Origin: an uncultured delta proteobacterium
GTDB taxonomy: Bacteria; Desulfobacterota; RBG-13-43-22
Reading direction: 5' to 3'
Length of the DNA stretch: 64,000 bases
NCBI GenBank assembly: GCA_963711835.1
Contig: CAVQFQ010000021.1
Coordinates: 224,001 to 288,000, forward strand
The translations under genes and the position numbers were made by a program. The notes under the pieces were generated by a model. It searched no databases. It was not told where the DNA came from and saw only the letters and a list, made by a program, of their open reading frames with translations. Below are positions 58,497 to 64,000 of the stretch, piece after piece. Every line of letters starts with the position of its first letter. Position 1 is the first letter of the stretch.

Positions 58497-58639
58497 ATGT
58501 TAACTGTAAAGAATGTTAACCTTTTAGGACACAGGCAGACTCGTTGATTATTTTAACAAAATTAATAAAAAAATTAAATCATAAATTTGTTAAAAAAATG
58601 TTAAAAAAATTTGCTTTCCCAAATATAGTTTGATATATA
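58497..58639. promoter_or_regulatory. Divergent promoter region with repeated TGTTAA motifs
   Basis: atgttaac twice; tandem 11-mer tgttaaaaaaa (58588-58609); TTGCTT-17-TATATA. Confidence 0.5.
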
Positions 58640-58670
58640 TTTTGATATATAAGGATTTACTGGAAAGGAG

Positions 58671-61600
58671 ATGATCAAGGATATGAAAGACCTTTTGGGC
58701 CAAAAAGCTGATCCTATGGGGAGTAAAAACATAGTCAGAAGGGAGAGGCTCGAATGCCAGATTCGAGAAAACCTCGACAAGAAATTGATCCTTATCACCT
58801 CTCAGGCAGGCAGTGGGAAGACCACTCTCATCTCAAGCGTTTTAGAGTCCGTGAAGGTCCCCCATATCTTTTACTCGTTCGATACCTCGGACAAAGAAAT
58901 CCCATCATTCTTATACCATTTTTTCTCTAAAATTAAGGCCAGCTCTCCCGGGTTTGCTAAAAATTTTGAAAAGAAGCTAATATCCGATAAGGGTCAAATT
59001 GGGCCTCCCACTCTATTGGCATCCCTTTTTGTGAACGAGTTGAAGCAACATTTTACTAAAGAAAAAAGGTTGATCATCGTCCTTGACAACTACGAAGCTG
59101 TTAATTCCTCTTTGATCATCAACCAGTTTCTTGAATATATCTTTAAGAAAATGCCTCCTCCAGTTACCTTTATCCTTTCGAGCAGTCAATCCCCGAATAT
59201 CCGTCTTCCAAAACATGGATCCAATGGGGAGACTTACCAGATCAATAGTTCTGATCTGGCCTTCCACTTAGATGAGATTGGGGAACTCTTCTCCCGTATC
59301 TATTATCTTGACCTTTCACATGAGGAGTTAGAGTTTATTTATAAAAAAACAGAAGGCTGGATCACCGGTTTGATCCTCCTGGTTCAATTTTTAAAAATGA
59401 ACGAAGGGAGTCCCATCGAAGACCTGCTCAAAGGGGTCAATGGATATGGAAAGGCCATCTCCCAATTTTTGATGGAACATGTTTTTCAGAATCAGCCGAA
59501 ACATGTCCAGGAATTTCTCTCCAAGACAGCTCTCCTCAATGATCTGACCTCCGATCTTTGCGACCTTGCCCTCCAGGTGAAATATTCGGCCAAACTTCTT
59601 GAAAATTTAGTTAAACATAATCTCTTCACCTTCCAAATCAATTCCTCATATTACCGTTATCATCCCTTGATGAGAGAATTTCTCTTAAAGAAACTCTATG
59701 AGAATTATGTCCAGGAGGAGATTGAAGCATTTCAGGCCCGCTTAGGGGAGATCCTCACCCCCATCGATCCAGAAAATGCCGCTTATCATTTCATTTCCGC
59801 AAAATGTTTCCCAAAGGCGACAGCCCTCTTGAGATCCATAGGGGAAAAGATGCTTCGCAAATGGCGATTTGGAAATTTTGGTGAGCTTCTAAAGGCCATT
59901 CCTTTTTCTTTGATTGAGGAGGATCCCGTGCTCCTCTACTTTTCAGGAAGGATAGCCGAGATAAAAGGCGAATCGGATCGAGCCTTCGAATCTTATGAGA
60001 AAGCCTTTCATCTCTTTAAAAAGAGGAAAGAGGTTTCCAGTGAGATTTCCTCTCTCAATCGTATGGCGGTCATTCATATCCGTCAGGATAAGTATAAAGA
60101 TGCTAAAGATCTTCTTCAGGATAGAATTCAATACCTTGAGAATCAGGGGATAAAGAATGATATTGCTTTGAAACTTTTCAATAGCTATACGAACTTAAGT
60201 CAGGTGCTCATAAAATTGGAGGAGAGGGAAAAGGCGGTATCCTACCTGCAAAAGGCGGAACTTCTCTATGAAGTCCACCTCGATTCCCATCATCAGGTGA
60301 CTTTAACTCAGAGCCAGGCTTTGAGATGTCTCGTCGAAGGGGATCTGGTGGAAGGAATTGAACTGGCCAAGAAAGGTGAATCCCTTTCCCTCGAACTCAA
60401 TCTCCCGACGAAAATCAATATCTTCAACCATTACCTGGCCTTCGGCCACCTCCATCTTGGTCACTTCTCAGAGGGCCTGAATTATGCTAAGCGGGGATTG
60501 GAACTTGCCAGGCAATACGGCATAGAGGATAACATCACCGGTTCCCTCTTTTCCGATTTGGGACAGGTCCAATATGCCTTTTCAAATTATGACCAGGCTA
60601 TTAAGGCCCTCGAAAATAGTATTGCCATCTTCAAAAAAGGCCAGAACATCTGCGGGGGTTTCTGGAGCAATCATGGCCTCTATCATATTGCCCTGAAATT
60701 AGGAGACATCGAAGGAGCAAAGGGATATTTAAAGGCATTGGTTCATCTGGCCCACCTGATGGGACTTCCCTTAGAGATCGGGGTGGGGATGATAGACCAG
60801 GCCTACTTCTCCTCATTGAAAGGAGAGGAAGGAGTGCTGGCCTTGATCGAAAGGGGGGAGGGATATCTCAGACATTCCATCAAGAGGATGTCTATCTTTC
60901 TGGCCCATTTGATCGCTGCCAAGGCCTATTTCAATCTCGGTGAAGAGAAAAGGGCAGAAGACCTCCTCCTCGATTCCCTGAAGCTTATTGAAGGGGAGAA
61001 TTACTACCTCTATGGAATCCACCAGGAAAAGAGCTGGCTTCCTTCGTTCCTCCAGAGGTTTACTTTAATAATCCCTCAATGTGAGAGATTACTGGCGGAG
61101 TATCAGAATAGGATCATCCGTGCTTTTGAAACCATCAAAGAGAACGGGAGAGACCAGGAAGACATTTATAGAATGGAAAAAGGGAATGGAGAACTTTTAA
61201 ACCTCCGGATTTACAGCCTGGGACCCTTTCGAATTTTTATAGGGGATGAAGAAATTCCATTATCCCAGTGTAAGAGTAAGAAAGGCATCACCTTGCTCAG
61301 GTATCTCTTCTTCGCTCGCCATAAAGGGCCGACTCCAAAGGATGTACTCCTTGAACTTTTATGGCCGGAATCACCTCCAGCGCCGGCCGATTTGAATTTC
61401 AGAGTAACCCTCTCACTCTTGCGAAAGACCCTTTCCCTTAACCACAATGGCCGGAGCGATTTCCCCAATTTATTGAGGAAGGAAGGGGGCTATCAGCTTC
61501 TCTTGGGTAAAGAGGGTTGGAGTGATTTGGACGAGTTTAACAATCAGATAAATTTGGCCCATTATAAGGAAAAGAAACAGAATGGAGAGGAGGCCTTCCA

Positions 61601-61970
61601 ACATTATCTCAAGGCTGAAAGGCTCTATCAAGACGATTTCTTGGTGGAGAATCTCTATGAGGATTGGTCTTATATTGAACGGGAACAGTTAAAAAATCAA
61701 TATGTCCATGCCCTCGCCAGAATTCTTAACAATCACGAGGAGCAGCATAACTTCGCAGCGATAATCAACACCTGTTACAAGATTATTAAAGTGGATCCTT
61801 ATCAGGAAGATATTTTTAGAAAGCTGATGCTCTATCATTTCAAATTAGGAAATCATAAAGAAGTTCGCTCGGTTTTCGAATTCTGCCGTAAAAATATCGA
61901 GAATGATCTGGGAGCAGCCTTATCTCCTGAGACAAAAGAAATTTATCGAAAATTATCCGCTTCTTCTTGA
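58671..61970 (+). CDS. Large MalT-like STAND ATPase/TPR regulator with C-terminal wHTH-BTAD
   Basis: QAGSGKTT, IVLDNY, KTEGWITGL, YRYHPLMREFL, TPR-like helices, LGPFRIF, LLWPE, LYQDDFL...YEDW, DPYQE. Confidence 0.85.
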   Translation: MIKDMKDLLGQKADPMGSKNIVRRERLECQIRENLDKKLILITSQAGSGKTTLISSVLESVKVPHIFYSFDTSDKEIPSFLYHFFSKIKASSPGFAKNFEKKLISDKGQIGPPTLLASLFVNELKQHFTKEKRLIIVLDNYEAVNSSLIINQFLEYIFKKMPPPVTFILSSSQSPNIRLPKHGSNGETYQINSSDLAFHLDEIGELFSRIYYLDLSHEELEFIYKKTEGWITGLILLVQFLKMNEGSPIEDLLKGVNGYGKAISQFLMEHVFQNQPKHVQEFLSKTALLNDLTSDLCDLALQVKYSAKLLENLVKHNLFTFQINSSYYRYHPLMREFLLKKLYENYVQEEIEAFQARLGEILTPIDPENAAYHFISAKCFPKATALLRSIGEKMLRKWRFGNFGELLKAIPFSLIEEDPVLLYFSGRIAEIKGESDRAFESYEKAFHLFKKRKEVSSEISSLNRMAVIHIRQDKYKDAKDLLQDRIQYLENQGIKNDIALKLFNSYTNLSQVLIKLEEREKAVSYLQKAELLYEVHLDSHHQVTLTQSQALRCLVEGDLVEGIELAKKGESLSLELNLPTKINIFNHYLAFGHLHLGHFSEGLNYAKRGLELARQYGIEDNITGSLFSDLGQVQYAFSNYDQAIKALENSIAIFKKGQNICGGFWSNHGLYHIALKLGDIEGAKGYLKALVHLAHLMGLPLEIGVGMIDQAYFSSLKGEEGVLALIERGEGYLRHSIKRMSIFLAHLIAAKAYFNLGEEKRAEDLLLDSLKLIEGENYYLYGIHQEKSWLPSFLQRFTLIIPQCERLLAEYQNRIIRAFETIKENGRDQEDIYRMEKGNGELLNLRIYSLGPFRIFIGDEEIPLSQCKSKKGITLLRYLFFARHKGPTPKDVLLELLWPESPPAPADLNFRVTLSLLRKTLSLNHNGRSDFPNLLRKEGGYQLLLGKEGWSDLDEFNNQINLAHYKEKKQNGEEAFQHYLKAERLYQDDFLVENLYEDWSYIEREQLKNQYVHALARILNNHEEQHNFAAIINTCYKIIKVDPYQEDIFRKLMLYHFKLGNHKEVRSVFEFCRKNIENDLGAALSPETKEIYRKLSASS

Positions 61971-62274
61971 GCCCCTCAACAGTCTTGTTCAAACTAAGTT
62001 TTTGGTACTTCCCCTAATCGACGGAATACAATTGGTGGGTATTTTAATTTGTCTTTGCAGGTTCTCTCGAAAGGGGAAACGGTTCTTAAGAACACGGGTA
62101 CCAGGGACGGACAATAAAATGGTCCCTCCGGTACAAATCGTCGCCGCTGATAATATAAAGAATGATCTTGGCAAATTGAAAATTGAAATTTCAATCAGCC
62201 ACATTACCATTTACCTACTCCTAATTATAGGGAAGGGAGGATATGCAGATATGGGTAAAAAAAGATTTTCTCCA

Positions 62275-63072
62275 TCAAGGGAGATTCTTGTTGAAAACCG
62301 GTTTCCTTTTACTTAAAAAGGCCTCTACTCCCTCCTGAAAATCCTCCGACAGGACGGTCAGGGCGAATTGATCCAGATCCATGTGGCCCACGGCTTGATT
62401 GGCGGCAACCAGGGCATTAACGGTCTGCTTGGTCATGAAGACCGGGGCCTGGGGTTTCGCAGCAATTCTTTGGGCGATTTCTTGAGCCCTTGCTTCGGCT
62501 TGGCTTGGAAGGGCTGTCCATTGGGCAAACCCGTAACGGACGGCCTCGGTACATCCCACCTTATTCGCCAGGATCACCCACTCCTTGGCTTTGGCCGGTC
62601 CTACCAAATTAACCAGCCGGGGCAGAGAGCCCCAACTATAGTTCATGGCCAGATCAATTTCGGGAATGCGGATAAAGGCGTTTTCAGCCATGACCCGGAA
62701 ATCGCAGGCCAGGACCAGGGAAACGGCTCCACCGATACAAAACCCTTCCAAAGCGGCGATGGTCACCTGGGGGATTTCTTCCCAGGCCCGGCACAGGCGG
62801 GGCCCTATTTCGAGCAGGCGGCGACGGACCGAAAAGGGTTGGGTGAGGATTGACGCCGTCTCGGGATCCTTCAGGTCAAAGCCGGCGCTGAAAAAATGGT
62901 TGCCGCCGCTTAAAACCACAGCGATCAAAGAATAATCCTCCCGGATCTCGGCTGCCACCTGGGTCAGTTCTTTCATTAACCCGGCGGACAAGGCATTGCG
63001 TTCATCGGGCCTGTTGATTCTCACGGTCAAGACCCGGCCTCGTTTTTCAAGTATGAGAAATTGATAATCCAT
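62275..63072 (-). CDS. Enoyl-CoA hydratase/isomerase
   Basis: NRPDERNAL, FSAGFDL, GFCIGGA, ACDFR, DFQEGVEAFLSKRKP. Confidence 0.92.
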   Translation of the reverse strand: MDYQFLILEKRGRVLTVRINRPDERNALSAGLMKELTQVAAEIREDYSLIAVVLSGGNHFFSAGFDLKDPETASILTQPFSVRRRLLEIGPRLCRAWEEIPQVTIAALEGFCIGGAVSLVLACDFRVMAENAFIRIPEIDLAMNYSWGSLPRLVNLVGPAKAKEWVILANKVGCTEAVRYGFAQWTALPSQAEARAQEIAQRIAAKPQAPVFMTKQTVNALVAANQAVGHMDLDQFALTVLSEDFQEGVEAFLSKRKPVFNKNLP

Positions 63073-63075
63073 TTT

Positions 63076-63333
63076 TTAGGGTGTGATCTTGACCACCTGG
63101 TCATTTTCCCGGACCCGGTCCGGAACCTTGATGCCGATGAAATCACCGGGGCGGGCCTCGGTAATGGCCTGATTGTCCTTTTGCAGGCTGTCAACCTTGA
63201 CTTCGAGCTGAGTGGAATGACCCTGAAAACGCAGGGTATCCCCAAGGGAAATCGAACCCTGAGTCACTTCCACGGCAGCCACCCCAACCTTGGAAAAATA
63301 CCTTTTGACAACCCCAACGGTTTCCGTGGCCAT
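63076..63333 (-). CDS. Small translation-factor-like beta-barrel protein (U32 C-terminal-like)
   Basis: VGVVKRYFSKVGVAAV, GDTLRFQG, VDSLQ, GIKVPDRVRENDQV. Confidence 0.75.
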   Translation of the reverse strand: MATETVGVVKRYFSKVGVAAVEVTQGSISLGDTLRFQGHSTQLEVKVDSLQKDNQAITEARPGDFIGIKVPDRVRENDQVVKITP

Positions 63334-63783
63334 GGTCAGACCTCCTGTTCAAGTTTTTTAATTCCTTGAGAGATTCAAATATAAAGTATTTTAAATAATC
63401 TAAAGGACCTAAGTCAAGTAAGGTTTCAATATATTTTTTTGAAGCGGTAACCCAAAATTCGATATCCCTTCCTTTCTTCCTGTACTATTGTTTTCGATGA
63501 GCTACTTCACCATGCGAGATTGCAAACGCAAATCTTCAATCATTGTTGTTTGGCGGACCTAATGACTTATAGGGAGAAGGCGGAAATTTGGCGGACAGTT
63601 CCTATTTTACAAGGGATATCAGCAAGTTTCTTCCCATACGGTTGTTTTTGAATTCTGTACAGGGTGGAAAGGAAGCACGCTTAGCCATATTGCCATTTTT
63701 AACCTTTTTCGTTATTTAAGGGTCTATAATAGAAAAAAGGATTGGACCACCTACCCGATCCGGACTATCCGGGAGATGAAAAT

Positions 63784-64000
63784 ATGAAAAAGCTCATTAG
63801 TTTGTTAAGCATCCTTTTTATTTTAGCCATATTAGGGCCGCCTAACCAGGCAGAGGCTGCTCGTGGGAGTGGAGGGCCTGGTATCTCTGGTGGACACGGA
63901 GGGTCTGGGCGTGATGGGTCCGGTGGAGATGGCGTATATAGAGGGAGTGGCAGGCCAGGCGATCAAAGTAGAGACGGTGCACGTGGCGTATATAGAGGGA
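63784..64000 (+). CDS. Secreted Gly-rich protein, 3' partial
   Basis: MKKLISLLSILFILAILGPPNQAEA signal peptide, then Gly/Ser/Arg-rich sequence with GVYRG repeated; open to the window end. Confidence 0.6.
   Translation, partial: MKKLISLLSILFILAILGPPNQAEAARGSGGPGISGGHGGSGRDGSGGDGVYRGSGRPGDQSRDGARGVYRG

Noticed and set aside
61903-62316. Short ORFs between the regulator and the enoyl-CoA hydratase
   Set aside because: No recognisable motifs or RBS; probably island-edge debris.
1-64000. CRISPR array, rRNA or intact transposase/integrase
   Set aside because: No regularly spaced repeat-spacer series, rRNA-like sequence or complete recombinase ORF was seen.

Overview
Genomic window from an anaerobic deltaproteobacterium (Desulfobacterota-like, inferred from the tetraheme cytochrome c3, Asp-ligated ferredoxin and AOR). 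It has five parts. (1) 1-7.4 kb: tatA, an unannotated small membrane protein, cytochrome c3, ferredoxin, pxpA, DUF169 and a CoA-transferase/GlcD/3-hydroxyacyl-CoA dehydrogenase operon. (2) 7.4-20.2 kb: an anaerobic nicotinate-degradation cluster (fused nicotinate dehydrogenase-like subunits, enamidase, 6-hydroxynicotinate reductase, UPF0280, DUF1185, TRAP transporter) headed by an ALDH6-type CoA-acylating dehydrogenase. (3) 24-30.6 kb: six toxin-antitoxin-like modules separated by repeated gene scraps (NERD, ORF6N, type III Res, IS200). (4) 30.8-44 kb: two small genes with in-frame UGA plus SECIS-like hairpins, then the core ispE (frameshifted)-tRNA-Gln-prs-rplY-pth block, degP, comF, icd, aor and a thiolase. 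(5) 44-62 kb: a more AT-rich transport/acyl-CoA-ligase island with a MalT/BTAD regulator. Most striking observations: a five-copy family of ~290-390 bp nested-inverted-repeat elements that keep one conserved core but carry three different sets of ends; a candidate tandem pair of small selenoproteins; a two-gene nucleotidyltransferase module bracketed by matching bipartite palindromic sites; and a probable 2-formylglutarate to glutaryl-CoA route for nicotinate. All calls come from reading the sequence by eye; no database search or folding program was run.
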